This document shows positions 49,793-62,700 of a stretch of DNA of 64,000 nt, piece by piece. The first letter of the stretch is position 1. Each line of letters opens with the position of its first letter. The notes beneath the pieces were generated by a model. The model had not been told where the DNA came from. It made no database searches and worked only from the letters and a program-made list of their open reading frames with translations. The DNA is taken from contig NW_027271478.1 in assembly GCF_040938485.1 (NCBI RefSeq), positions 1,054,001-1,118,000 on the forward strand, in the 5' to 3' direction. Both the position numbers and the translations under genes were made by a program. The DNA comes from Diadema antillarum (lineage: Eukaryota).

Positions 49793-50941
49793 ATGTCGGA
49801 GCTTGAGAAGAACACATTAGCGGGAGGAGGAGCAGAACCCGACGACTTCCGTACGCCACTGTCCGACCATGTTGGAGTTGAACAACATAGGAGAACAGGG
49901 AAACAGGGCGAGTTTAGTTCTGTAGGCGAACGAACACAACTTTTCACTTTCAGCGTCGATCATGAGAAACCCATCACTTCTTCGCAGAAAATAACATCGC
50001 ATCATTGGGTCAGGGGAAACATCCTTTATCCATATAGAGGGATATTTTTAGCCTTTGCAGCTGTATTTTTCTACCTGATTCTTCAGTTGATGACCAAGCA
50101 GCTGGCTGGCAGGGTTTCTTCCAACGCATTGAACGCTTATTTTAGCGTCATGTTAGCTGCCTCGTCGGCACCAATATTGATCTGGAACAAATTGTCGCTT
50201 TCAAACATCCGAAGGAAAGCTTGGGCATTTCTGATGATACGGGGACTGTCTGGAGCCTTTGGATTCCTGTGCTACTTCAAGGCTTTTCAACTGCTTGAGC
50301 TATCCACTGCCAATTCGTTGATCCTCACTTCACCTCTATTCACTATTGCCTTCGAGCGCGTGTGCGTCAAAGAGAGTTGCTCCATTGCCAAGGTGATTTG
50401 CGCATTCGGTACCGTGGCTGGTATCGTCTTTGTCATGCAGCCACCTGCAATCTTTGGCGCCGCCGGCGACCAGGGGACCTCGGACACGTGGTTGGGAGCC
50501 GTGATGGCCCTCTCCGTGGCCGCGCTCAACGCGATTGCGTTCGTCAGCCAGAAACCGATCTCGAACATGAAAGTTCATGCGCAGCTCATCGTCTTCATCT
50601 TCGCCTGCATTGCCTCTATAGTGAGCTTCGCCACGACGACGACACTCGCGGACTGGACCGTCCCACGATGCGGAAGGGATCGCGTGCTCGTTTTGCTGAT
50701 CGGGATCTTGGGCTGTCTGGGAGTTCATGCCACGACTCTCGCCCTGGAGGTAGAGAGTGCAGGATCATTCAACATAATTCGGGCTAGCTCTGTCTTTTTC
50801 GCCTTCATTCTGGACGTCGTGATACTGCACGAGGCTCCCAACGGCTTCGCAATATTCGGGGCTTGTCTGATAGTGGGCAGCGCCGTTGGGAATGTCATGG
50901 CATCGTGTTTGAAAATGAGATCCGACGCGAAAAACTCATGA
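49793..50941 (+). CDS. SLC35G1: SLC35G1-like transporter, 382 aa (copy 3)
   Basis: Intact ORF, closely similar to copies 2 and 4. Confidence 0.92.
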   Translation: MSELEKNTLAGGGAEPDDFRTPLSDHVGVEQHRRTGKQGEFSSVGERTQLFTFSVDHEKPITSSQKITSHHWVRGNILYPYRGIFLAFAAVFFYLILQLMTKQLAGRVSSNALNAYFSVMLAASSAPILIWNKLSLSNIRRKAWAFLMIRGLSGAFGFLCYFKAFQLLELSTANSLILTSPLFTIAFERVCVKESCSIAKVICAFGTVAGIVFVMQPPAIFGAAGDQGTSDTWLGAVMALSVAALNAIAFVSQKPISNMKVHAQLIVFIFACIASIVSFATTTTLADWTVPRCGRDRVLVLLIGILGCLGVHATTLALEVESAGSFNIIRASSVFFAFILDVVILHEAPNGFAIFGACLIVGSAVGNVMASCLKMRSDAKNS

Positions 50942-51629
50942 CAGAAAACGAAAGTTTCAAAATCGTAAAGTGATGGTGCAAACACGGGTGTAAAGCAACT
51001 GTGAAAAACTTAACAGGATTAGTAAAGCGAAAAGGACGTCTTGAAGCTACAGGGTACAACTAAACCTCCTGCCAAGATAAATCTATAGTCAGTCGTTTGG
51101 ATATTTGCAATGACTGAACTTCGTGAAGACATGCATTATTCCAAATATTTATTTCAAAAGAACTCTGACTGCTATAGCGCTCATCACATCTCATCACAAG
51201 CGTCCACATCAGTAATTGCTAATTTTGTGACACGAAATTTGTCATGATTTGAGGTTTGCTGCTCCCCATCATTGTCGATTTTCCAAAGGCAGTTAAGTCT
51301 GAAAAGGCACATCAGCGAAAAAAACAAACAAAAACAAAACAAAACAACGAAATGAGGGAAACTGTTCTTTTGTCAGTGATGATGCACGATTACACAATCG
51401 TCATTGCCCAAACATCTGAATGTATATACTCATCAAGATGAACATAACCAGGTGGCGGTGATGCAGGTCGGGTCAAAGAAAGACCTCCGTTCTAAGTCAA
51501 TAAGACGCGAGGGAGTATTTGCATTTTTGATTGGTCATAATTATGCAAGAAAGAGCACCAAATAAATGAAATTCCGGAATAGACATATTCTGCAATGTAT
51601 ATTAAGATTTCATGCGTGCTTTAATTGCT

Positions 51630-51674
51630 CACAAAAGTTTCGACACGAAGTCTACGTCCATCATCAGATGCATT
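51630..51674 (-). ncRNA. Degenerate hammerhead-like motif (Penelope-type end)
   Basis: The minus strand reads CTGATGA-TGGACGTAGACTTCGTGTC-GAAA-C-TTTT-G-TG. The cleavage triplet would be GUG, which is non-canonical, and stem I is weak. Confidence 0.3.
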
Positions 51675-51939
51675 GTTACTCCAAACACCCAGAGTAAAAC
51701 ATGGATGGGGTGATCGTGCTTTCTCCGTTATGGGACAAAACTGTAGAATAAGTTAGCTATTCAGTTAAGGCAACTGTCCTCTATAGAAATATTAAGATAA
51801 AAACTTAAAATGTATCTGTTCCTCTCACACTGCAGGAGTATGATCGCAATCTATTATGTTCAGAACAGTAATTGTATTCTTTATCTGGTATGTGTTTGTT
51901 TGTTGTATGCCATTTTCTCATTTGTTGTTATGTTTGAAC

Positions 51940-51980
<41 letters not shown>

Positions 51981-52124
51981 TAACAAAGCTGCAACAAAGT
52001 TCATACTGTATTCACCAACGGTTTATTTCTTCACACATTTCATTATCATTAGATTGGGGGTGTAATCTATTAATATCATTTTGTATATATGGATGGATTT
52101 TGTTTTCAAGTTGAAAAGCTACCT

Positions 52125-52170
<46 letters not shown>

Positions 52171-52833
52171 ATATATCATTAAATACATATGTATCTTTTC
52201 ATTTTTTGAAGCGCCATGAGCACCGAAAGGTGGACCTGTGCACTATACAAGTATATAACCACTATCATCATTATCATTATTATCATTATCATTATCATTA
52301 GATTGGGGGTGTAATCTATTAATATCATTTTGTATATATGGATGGATTTTGTTTTCAAGTTGAAAAGCTAACTGGTTATATGTAAATTTATCGTGCATAG
52401 AATCTAACATTGCCCATTGGGATGTCATGCACCTGTTATGTTGTCGACCGCTCAGTACAAACATAAACACAGTAAACTCCTGTATTTGACGGGAACATGC
52501 AGTCATGTGATCCATGCTGGTTTTACTATAGAGTCGGGAACGGCGCTCTATTACACATCGGAACATGGGGTGTGCATCCGCGCAATAACATCATACCTCA
52601 ACACCCCTGACAAACTGTACAAAATATAGATAGATAGATAGATAGATAGATACATACATACATACATACATACATACATACATACATAAATAGATAGATA
52701 TAGATGAATGGATGGTTTAAAGATTATGGATCAGCTTTTAATTTGCTGCGAGGCTCCTCAGCAGAAGATATTGACAAGTCTAAATACCGCACAAAAGGAA
52801 CCAGGCAGCAACGCGCGCTTTCATTAAAATATA

Positions 52834-53182
52834 AGGGAGTTCATGGTTAGTGCATGACAATTGTCTCATTTGACCCCTGCACCACAGAATTTGAAATAAC
52901 ATGGACATGTGTTGTGATCAAGAATTCCTTCTTGAAGCATGTCATCTTGTATTAAATCAATGTTGAGAAAGTGCATGGAGAGATTATATGCTAAACAATG
53001 TTGATGAATGACTTACACCTGTACGTTCTAATTCAGTCTGAAACACGTACATTGTACTGACATAATTCAGATTCTCTTAGTTGCTTGAGACTTCTTTACG
53101 TTTTAAAGTCAGTGGCAAATACACAGACATTCTCATTTGACCTTTGTTCTGCACATGCGCAAATCACAACCGTGAACTCCCT
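52834..53182. mobile_element. 349-bp MITE with TA duplication
   Basis: TA|AGGGAGTTCA(T/C)GGTT...AACCGTGAACTCCCT|TA. It is absent at the paralogous site upstream of copy 2 (~42990). Confidence 0.75.
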
Positions 53183-53371
53183 TATTGAGAAAGAGTGTCA
53201 TAAAGGGTTGTTCTGACCAAAATGGTTAGAAATAGACCTCTTCTGTAACAATTATATTTACATTTTATTCATGCTTTGTTCACGAAAGTTGCCCATAACA
53301 ATCGCAAAGCTTGTCCTACCTGGTAACGACTAAGCGAATTCCTGTTTATGGAACTTACTGGGAGGGAGCAG

Positions 53372-53987
53372 GTGAATATACTTCGCTACAGTAGGCTGGA
53401 GGAAAAGAAACATCCATTATAATACAGAAAATGGTCTATTGCAAAAGCGCCATCAGTTCATGCATGGTTGAAGCGCCTCCCTGGTTGAAGGCAGTGCGCA
53501 CCCAGAGACACACACGAATACACACACACACATACGCACACACACACACACAGACACACACAGACACAGACACACACACACACACACACAAGAAACAACC
53601 AGACCGAAAACTATTTTGAGTCACTTTTATATTCCCTCATTTAAAGGATTTTGACACACCATTGTAGGGTCCATGGACACACTATACGCCATGGTTCCAT
53701 CCCAATCGTTTAGGGATTGTATGATATCCTCGCATACCTGTACTATACCGACCTGCATACTGCATACAATTGCTACGTAATATTATATGCCGCATTCTCG
53801 TGTTTTGTGCATTTATCAGAAGTGTCAATTTTGATCAAGTGCCTGTTGTATGTAAGTAATGTCGTTTTGATGTCTGTGAAACTTATACTATTTAAAAAAA
53901 TGTCTTTTGTGTGTTGCTTTCATGTTAGCCAGGTGATTATCTCTACTCGTCACTGGTAGTCTCAATTCTTTTTACCTCGATCCCCAG
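53372..53987 (+). other. Predicted 5'-UTR intron of SLC35G copy 4
   Basis: GGAGCAG|GTGAAT...CCCCAG|CATG. Confidence 0.55.
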
Positions 53988-53988
53988 C

Positions 53989-55137
53989 ATGTCGGAGCTT
54001 GAGAAGAAAACAGCAGCGGGAGGAGGAGCAGAACCCGACGACTTCCGTACGCCACTCTCTGGCCATGTTGGAGTTGAACAACATAGGAGAACAGGGAAAC
54101 AGGGCGAGTTTAGTTCTGTAGGCGAACGAACACAACTTTTCACTTTCAGCGTCGATCATGAGAAACCCATCACTTCTTCGCAGAAAATAACATCGCATCA
54201 TTGGGTCAGGGGAAACATCCTTTATCAATATAGAGGAATTTTTTTAGCCTTCGCAGCTGTATTTTTCTACCTGATTCTTCAGTTGATGACCAAGCAGCTG
54301 ACGGGCAGGGTTTCTTCCAACGCGTTGAACGCTTATTTTAGCGTCATGTTAGCTGCCTCGTCGGCACCAGTATTGATCTGGAACAAATTGTCGCTTTCAA
54401 ACATCCCAAGGAAAGCTTGGGCATTTCTGATGATACGGGGACTGTCTGGAGCCTTTGGATTCCTGTGCTACTTCAAGGCTTTTCAGCTGCTTGAGCTATC
54501 CACTGCCAATTCGCTGATCCTCACTTCACCTCTATTCACTATCGCCTTCGAGCGCGTGTGCGTCAAAGAGAGTTGCTCCGTTGTCAAGGTGATTTGCGCA
54601 TTCGGTACCGTGGCTGGTATCATCTTTGTCATGCAGCCACCTGCAGTCTTTGGCGCCGCCGGCGACCAGGGGACCTCGGACACGTGGTTGGGAGCCGTGA
54701 TGGCCCTCTCCGTGGCCGCGCTCATCGCGATTGCGTTCGTCAGTCAGAAACCGATCTCGAACATGAAAGTTCATGCGCAGCTCATCGTCTTCATCTTCGC
54801 CTGCATTGCCTCTATAGTGAGCTTCGCCACGACGACGGCACTCGCGGACTGGAGCGTCCCACGATGCGGAAGGGATCGCGTGCTCGTTGTGCTGATCGGG
54901 ATCTTGGGCTGTCTGGGAGTTCATGCCACGACTCTCGCCCTGGAGGTAGAGAGTGCAGGATCATTCAACATTATTCGGGCTAGCTCTGTCTTTTTCGCCT
55001 TCATTCTGGACGTCGTGATACTGCGCGAGGCTCCCAACGGCTTCGCAATATTCGGGGCTTGTCTGATAGTGGGCAGCGCCGTTGGGAATGTCACAGCATC
55101 GTGTTTGAAACTGAGATCCGACGGGAAAAAATCATGA
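53989..55137 (+). CDS. SLC35G1: SLC35G1-like transporter, 382 aa (copy 4)
   Basis: Intact ORF, closely similar to copies 2 and 3. Confidence 0.92.
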   Translation: MSELEKKTAAGGGAEPDDFRTPLSGHVGVEQHRRTGKQGEFSSVGERTQLFTFSVDHEKPITSSQKITSHHWVRGNILYQYRGIFLAFAAVFFYLILQLMTKQLTGRVSSNALNAYFSVMLAASSAPVLIWNKLSLSNIPRKAWAFLMIRGLSGAFGFLCYFKAFQLLELSTANSLILTSPLFTIAFERVCVKESCSVVKVICAFGTVAGIIFVMQPPAVFGAAGDQGTSDTWLGAVMALSVAALIAIAFVSQKPISNMKVHAQLIVFIFACIASIVSFATTTALADWSVPRCGRDRVLVVLIGILGCLGVHATTLALEVESAGSFNIIRASSVFFAFILDVVILREAPNGFAIFGACLIVGSAVGNVTASCLKLRSDGKKS

Positions 55138-56380
55138 TAAGAAAATGAAAGTCTCAAAACCACCGAGTGACCACATGCAAACACGGATCCCATAAGCAAC
55201 TACTAGTATGAATAATGTATAACAGGATCAGCAAATAGGAAGTCTTGCGGCTACAGGGTACAATTAAATCTGTTGCCACGATAAATTTCATCCGTTTGTA
55301 TAGTTGCAATAACTAAACTTTGTTGTTTCTTTACTGGTTGTTTGCACTTTTCATATCGTGCGAAATGGCCTGTGGTAAAGAGAAAAATGTTCTGCGTGGA
55401 GTCTCAATGTAGGTTTGAGGTTCGGATCCTCCCAAATGTGCTTGTTTACATCCATTGACAAAACATGTTTGTGGCCTTATACTGTTTGTAGAACTATTTC
55501 AAAGTTTGCAAATGGTAGACCAATAAACGATATTTCGTCGCGAATGGTTGACTTTCGTGATGTTTCGACGAGAAAAGTGATATCCATAAGAATTATTGCA
55601 GCAAGCGCAATATATCTATGTCATTCTCAACAATTCCATCTTATTGCGATATTATGTTTTGTGTCGGTAGAAGTATAGAGTATGTTCTGCGTAATTACAA
55701 GGATGAAATCTTTCGCAATATGCCGTTAGAGGAAAAAAACCACCAGCAACAACAAAACATGATTTTTTTTTTTCATAAATCAAGTTTCGTCAACAATCTT
55801 GATTTCGATCATTAAAAGGAATAGTATAGTTTTGTTTGAGATGAGGCTTCAGCTTTCCAACTCTTTGTGAGATAATGGGGAACATATTACTATGAAATAT
55901 GAAAAAACGTGCAATTCTATGAGGAATTCAAAGTAAATTTGGGTAAAATTGGTTTTGAAATGACTGAGACATCCAAAAACGAAGAGTTTCTATAAAGGTG
56001 AGACCTACCTTTTATTAAGATCACTTTGTTTTACTTCGTCTTTGTTCGTGGTTTGATAGACATGGGGGTCACGGTGGGGGGGGGGGGGGGGAGGTGCGCG
56101 TTGGTGCGAACGCTCCCCTTCAGACCCTAATAAAAAAGCTTTACTTATCAAGAGAGTCCTTTTTCTTTTTCTTTTCCTTTTTGGCTTGCCAGCTGAAGAA
56201 ACCCGGAAGTGGAATCAGAAAGTTCCGTTGAAGCCCCCCTTGTTTGTTTGATTTTTGTTTTTGCTTTTGTTTTGTTTTGTTTTTTCTTGTTACTGATGAA
56301 ACCCGGAAGTGGAACCAGAAATACAAACGAATCCCCTCCCCGTGAAAAAAAAAAAAGCTTGTGACGCCCCTGATATCTAA

Positions 56381-56789
56381 AGCTGCGTTTATCATCTTTC
56401 CCCTGTTTAAACGGCTTTCGAAAGCCGTTTCCAAAATAGTTGCGTTTATCAACTCTTCGCGAACACGATAACTGGCCAGTCACTGCACAGCTGTGGATAG
56501 CGCAATTCGACCCGAGGAGATCAAGGCGTACATGGTTCGTAACTGCAGTACAAAACCGTTTCAAAACAGCTTTGCGTTTATCTCGCTTCAAGAGGCTTCC
56601 GTGCAGAAACAGGTTTCTGGAAACCTGTTTAGGAAACCTGTTTCGGAAAGCACAAATTTGCGGCTTTCTAAAAGGCTTTCCGAAAAGGCTTTCAAAACAG
56701 CTTTGCGTTTATCATCTCGTAAAAATTCCCTGAAAGCCGTTTTCAGGAAAACCTGTTTCTGCCGAGAAAACGAGTTGATAAACGCACCC
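56381..56789. mobile_element. Harbinger-like MITE
   Basis: TAA TSD, TIR (AGC/GGG)TGCGTTTATC, and internal AAACGGCTTTCG/CGAAAGCCGTTT-type palindromic repeats. Confidence 0.72.
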
Positions 56790-58324
56790 TAAGTCATTTC
56801 AAAACCGATTTTCATCAAATAAACTTTGAATTCCTCTCAGAATTGTATGCTCTTTGTGCTGAGTGCAACGAGGACAAAGACGTTTTCAAAATTATCACCA
56901 AATAATTTAATTTCCTCCACACCAAGAGAACATTTCGTATAGCTGAGAATTCCCCATAACCATGTCATCCGTGTTTAATGTAACAGCTAAAAGGATCTCG
57001 AATGATAAGTAAACCATGAAGCAGTCATCCTATAAAGTTAACGCATGCTTGAAATATTGTATTTTGTGCGGTCCATTTTCTCTGGGGAAGTACTACAGAA
57101 AGCTCTCAACACGTATACCGCTGGCACACAAACACAGCTAGACTTGCCAGTTTCTATCCTTTTGACATATTTGTACGCAGAATCTGCTGATAATTGTTCC
57201 TTACGGAAAGATTATTCACACAATAATTAAGATGGATGGTTTTCAAGCGCAGAAGTTTATCTATATATTTAACAATTCAACATTAGCAAAAGAAGTCAAA
57301 ATAGGCTACAGAAGGCTTTCAAAAGCACCAACAGCCATGACCTGATCAATGGCGGCTCTCTTTAATTCGCCTTTCCCCTTCTACCGCGATCCTGAATATA
57401 CCCCCCCCCCCCCTCCGATAAAGTGAGCAGTTTTCCTGTGCTGAATGAGCATTCAGTGAATAAGCAATGGCTTTTAAAAACGGCTGTATACTTTATACTA
57501 AATACTTAACAATAGTAAGAGTTACGCCCGAATTTCTTTACTGTATAGCCCGAACTCAGATCGTTCTGCATGGGTACCAGAGTCGTTCTATTGTGAAGAC
57601 TTATTTTTCTTTAACTTGTAAAGAAAAAAAAAAGAAACTTAGTTCACCTATAGGTTATAGTGTACAAAATCACCTTCCAGTACTTTCCATCCTCCCACAA
57701 CAAAGAAGGATAATATGTCAAACACGGTCGTAGAATTTCTCCTCTCAGTTAGGCACGAACTCAATGGATGGGTATACAACATGTACTTTGAACGGACTCG
57801 TGAAACATGACTACATGTATATGGCGTCTAGACGGCCGCCAAATTATTTATTTGTTATGATATTTGACTTGATACTGTTAACTCAGTGTATGAGTCGATA
57901 CCGTACGTTCATCCTTCTTAATGTGTCTGTAATGGAAGGTAAACAGTGAAGTTCAAACAAAATGTGAACGTACTGTGGTGACTTCATCTCTATTTAAACC
58001 TCTCAAAACACCCGAGAAAAACTTTTGAAAGAAAAATGTCCAAACGGAGACGTTATGAAACACTGACAATGAAGTAAAATGTTGACTACATGTAGGCTAT
58101 ATATTTGTCCATATCAAAGGTATATGAAAACTTGAGATTTGATTCATTCTTAATTAAATGTATTTCCATGTGCAATGATTCGATTTTCACTCAATTTCTT
58201 TTTAAATTCAATAAAAGTGGATATGGGCTGTACTACAATTGTTTCCTCCCCTGTAAATTATTGCAGGGCTGCAATGTACAAGCAATGATGAGTTTTAGCG
58301 GAGAGTGCATGTCCGACTAGTATG

Positions 58325-58652
58325 CAGTGGCGGATCCATGGGGGCGCACAGGGCGCGCGCTCCCTCTTCATTTGTTATGATAAAAATGAGATGAAACCCA
58401 GAAGTAGTACCAGAAATATAGTTTGCGCCCCCCCCCCCCCTTTACGAAATTCCTGGGGACCGTTAATTTTCATGAAAGTTGTCAGCACTAACAGGTTGTC
58501 AGTCTCTGACAATTACCATAGTAACAGTCAGTGACCAAAGCTTCTCAGCCAATCTAAACCAAGGATTTTACTGATGTTGTCAGAAACTGACAACTTGTCA
58601 GCGCTGACTAAATTGATGAAACACCCCCCCCCCCCTCCTGGATACGCCCCTG
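58325..58652. mobile_element. G/C-tract MITE-like repeat (CAGTGGCGGATCC...GGATACGCCCCTG)
   Basis: hAT-like CAG ends. TSD not found. Confidence 0.5.
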
Positions 58653-59018
58653 TGACTCGGCCCTACTTTACAATTCATCGCCATGAAACAGAATAAGTCT
58701 TCTTTTTTCGGACATGCCCGTGGGTGCATGAGAGGTACATCACCGGCTTTGCTAATTTCCTCTTATTTTCTGTGACAACGTTGTAACGAAGTCCCCGGGA
58801 TCGGCAGTTTCCCTTAGTTATGGTGAAATTTCGTTAAATCGAACAGGAATAGTGCTTCAAGATTAAGATTGATGGTTTTTGGACCTGAATTTTAATTTCC
58901 TTGCAACTAGAATTTCGTTTTAACTGTGTTCGTTATAACGGGAGTGCGTTGAATCATTTTTTCATTAGTGACGTCACGAACTGTAGTGCAGTAGTCTTTT
59001 AATCCAGCGATGGTTGAT

Positions 59019-59164
59019 NNNNNNNNNNNNNNNNNNNNNNNNNNNNNNNNNNNNNNNNNNNNNNNNNNNNNNNNNNNNNNNNNNNNNNNNNNNNNNNNNN
59101 NNNNNNNNNNNNNNNNNNNNNNNNNNNNNNNNNNNNNNNNNNNNNNNNNNNNNNNNNNNNNNNN
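59019..59164. other. Assembly gap (146 N)
   Basis: Run of N. Confidence 0.99.
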
Positions 59165-59289
59165 AGCGCGTTGTCACATGAAATGTCTCAAAGCGCTACG
59201 GGAAAAAAAGAAAAAAATAGAAAGGGAAGAAGAGGAAAGAAAAGAGAGTAAGAAGAAGAAGAAGAAGGTACAGTTTTAGAGACGGTGTA

Positions 59290-59600
59290 AGACATGAGTC
59301 ACAGTCATAATACTACTCAATAAGCAAATACGGTTTTAACATGGATTTAAATTTGTCTACTGAGTCTGTTTGTTTCAAGCATTCAGGTAAACTGTTCCAG
59401 AGTTGAGGCGATGCTGACTGAAAAGCTCTAAAACCATAAGATTGTGTATTGACAGGAGGAGGTATTAAAAGTGATTTGTTGTTTGACCGCAAGTTCCGGG
59501 AGGGTAGGTATTCAATTATCAACTGTTGAAGATAAACCGGTGCAATATTTCGCAAACATTTAAGAATCTTGAAGTTAATGGTTGCGTCTAAACTTTCAGA
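59290..59600 (-). mobile_element. L2/CR1-group LINE 3' end (ORF2 C-terminus)
   Basis: KCLRNIAPVYLQQLIIEYLPSRNLRS...YGFRAFQSASPQLWNSLP...FKSMLKPYL is a typical L2 C-terminal signature. A shorter related tail lies at ~10495-10590. Confidence 0.85.
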
Positions 59601-59739
59601 AGTCACGACTTCTCACTGGATTGTCCGATTTTCCATAAACCTCGCTGATGTTTTCTACTGATACTTTTGCATTCACTCAATCCACATGTATGAATGGGCT
59701 TTATTCTCCTTTATTTTTATGTATTTGAAATTGGAGTGC

Positions 59740-62700
59740 ATGGGCGTCACCAGGGGGGAGGGGATGCGTTGGGTGCGAACGCACCCCCCTTCAGATCCTT
59801 AAAAAAAAAAAAACAAAACAAAAAAACAAAAAAAAAAACTACTTCAGTCTGCGAGCGACCTCAACGCCGGACGCTAAATAATTATTCTTTTCTTCTTCTT
59901 TTTTTGTGCACCAGGGACAAAAAAAAAAAAAAAAAAAAAAAAAGTCGTGGGCAAAAACAATTCGCACCCCTGGTTCCGGCAGCACTAATTTTATACATAA
60001 TATCTACTACATGTAGTATTCTATACAGTGTTTACTATTTATCGACCGTACTGTCTGACTGTACATCCGTACGGTACGGAGCACGTACACGTTTGCATAC
60101 GTGTACGTGTGCTACTTACAAGTATGTAGGGTCTATGTACGTTACTTCGGACCAATCCATATTGCCAGCCCAAGTGTGAGCCTTAGCCTCATTAAAAAAA
60201 AAAAAATGGAGGGGCAAACATATCATTTTGCCCACCCCCCCCCCCTCCATAATTCCAGAGACGAGAAGATTTTCTTCCCTTTTTTTTTTGACAGAAAAAA
60301 AAAGTTGCTCCCATAAAAATATTGGAGGGGCAAGCATATTATAATTTTGCCACCCCCCCCCCCCCATAATTAATAATTCCCGAAATGAGAAGATTTTCTT
60401 GCTTTTGAAAGAAAACAAAAATGTTGACCCCATAAAAATATTGGAAGGCAAGCGCACCATTTGCCCCACCCCACATAATCATAATTCCCGCGATGAAAAG
60501 ATTTTCTTGCTTTTTTGTTAGAAATCTGTCTAACTATTTCACCCAAAAGCAGTGGCGTAACTACGGAGGGGGGGGGGGGGGGGAGGGCGCACGGGGGGGG
60601 GGTGCCCCACCCCCCCCCCCATCCGCTGGTAAAAAAAAAAAAAGAAGACTTACCAAAATAGTAATTCAAGGGTTAGTAAACTGCTTTTGAATGAAAGGGT
60701 GATCAAGAAATAAGATATCTTTCTATGATTTCTTTTAACCATAATTAAATAGGTATATTATAGTGTGAAACATTGTTCAAAAAGCCCAGAGCCGACAAAA
60801 GATTGTGATTCAGCGTGATTCCTGGTTGGCATTCTGCACATAAGCAGGATGTGCGCAGTGTACTCATGACATCCGAACGGCAAAAAGAGTTGCTACAATG
60901 TTGCGCAATGTGATGTAGAATGTACACCTTTGTACCTTACGCTTCGTTATATCAAAGCTAGATCATTGATTTTGCAGTGTTGCTTTATATACTAGTCTAT
61001 ATAAAAATGTCTTGCATTGACAATAAAAAGACTTGACCTGGGGTAATTCCTAACTTTTCCATGTATATAATACACACACACACACACACAAACAAACACG
61101 CACACATCCTTCTCCAGCTTGGTCACGTCGACGCCACTCGATGGTCATACCTCCCCCAGTCATGAACATAAACCGACACCCTTGACTAGACCAGTGGCGG
61201 ATCCAGGGGGAGGGGCGTCCCCCCCCCCCCCTACCCTCTTAATTTCCAAAGCGAAAAAGTATAGTTTCAAACGGCAGTTTTTGGACTGTAAAATGTCAAA
61301 ATTTTCAAGCTCGCTCGCTTCGCTCGCTCGCATTTAGTCGTAATGCCATTCTCCTGAACTTGCTGCCAGTAATTGCCGGCAGTTGCGCCCGGTGCGCCCC
61401 CTTAATTTCCAAAGCGAAAAAATATAGCTACAAACGGCAGTTTTTGGACTGTAAAATGTCACAGTTTTCAAGCTCGCTCGCATTTAAATTCTCCTGATAT
61501 TGCTGCCAGTAATTGCCAACAGTTGCGCCCGGTGCGCCCCCCCCCCCCCCTTAATTTCGAAAGCAAAAAAGATATAGCTTCAAACGGCAGTTTTTGGACT
61601 GTAAAATGTCAAAATTTTCAAGCTCGCTCGCATTCAATCTTTGTGCAATTCTCCTGATGTTACTGCCAGTAATTGTCAGCAGTTGCGCGCGGTGTGCCCC
61701 CCTCCCTTAATTTCCAAAGCGAAAAAGTTTTTTGTTTGTTTTTTTTACTGTAAAATGTCAAACTTTTCTATAATCCATTTATAGGGGGGACAACCCCCTC
61801 CCACAACCTCCCCCCTTGCTCGTTCCGCTTGCTCGGGCTCGGTCGCGTTCATGACATCAGTGTAAGAATTATTACTAGAAGTTTATTTAAATTATACCAT
61901 TTATAGACAAATTGTTAAATAACAATTTACTTCAAAATGTACTGATACCTTAAACAAGTGGGACTGTTTCAAGTCGATAAAACATGCAAAAAACCTACAT
62001 CAAATTGCACCATTTAAAACATTAAATTCAAAAGGTGCTCACCGTGGGAGGGGGACACTCCCTCCCACATCCTCCCCCTCGCTCACTCCTCTCGGTCTTC
62101 CTTGGCCGCGTTCATGATATTCTATGTAAATATTAAAATAGGAAGTTTATTTGGATGATACTATTTCATAGGCAAATTGTTCAATAATAATCTACATCAA
62201 AATATGCTGCTACCTTAAACAAGTGGGGCTGTTTCAAGTCGATAAAACAAGCAAAACATGCATCAAATTGCACCATTTACAACATCAAAATGCAATTTCA
62301 GTTCTAACTATGGGAGGGGGTTGGCCCTCTCCCACACCCTCCCCCCTCGCTCGCTTCACTTCCTCGGTCTCGGCCGCGTTCATGACATCAGTGTAAGAAT
62401 CAATACAAGAAGTTTATTGAAATGATATAGTTTATAGGCATATTGTTCAACAATAATTTCCATCAAAATGTACTGCTACCTTAAACAAGTGGGACTGTTT
62501 CAAGTCGATAAAAACAGGCAAAAAGCCTGCATCAAATTGCACCATTTACAACATCAAAATGCAAAAAGTTCTCACCGTGGGAGGAGGGGGTGGGGACAAC
62601 AGCACTTCCAACCCCCCCCCCCCCCTTGCTCGCTCCCTCGCATACTAACACCCCCCCCCCCCCCCCCCCCCCCCCGAAGATGAAATCCTAGCTACGCCGG

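Noticed and set aside
51580-51640. Similarity to the block upstream of copies 2 and 4 (TGCTCACAAAAGTT)
   Set aside because: The match is too short and AT-rich to call a further promoter remnant without an alignment.
52041-52370. ~80-bp direct repeat around (TA)n and (ATC)n tracts
   Set aside because: Most simply slippage or a local assembly error in low-complexity DNA.
44200-55199. 141-250 aa alternative-frame ORFs repeated in copies 2-4
   Set aside because: They recur only because the genes are recent duplicates. Starts and lengths differ and no domain is recognisable.
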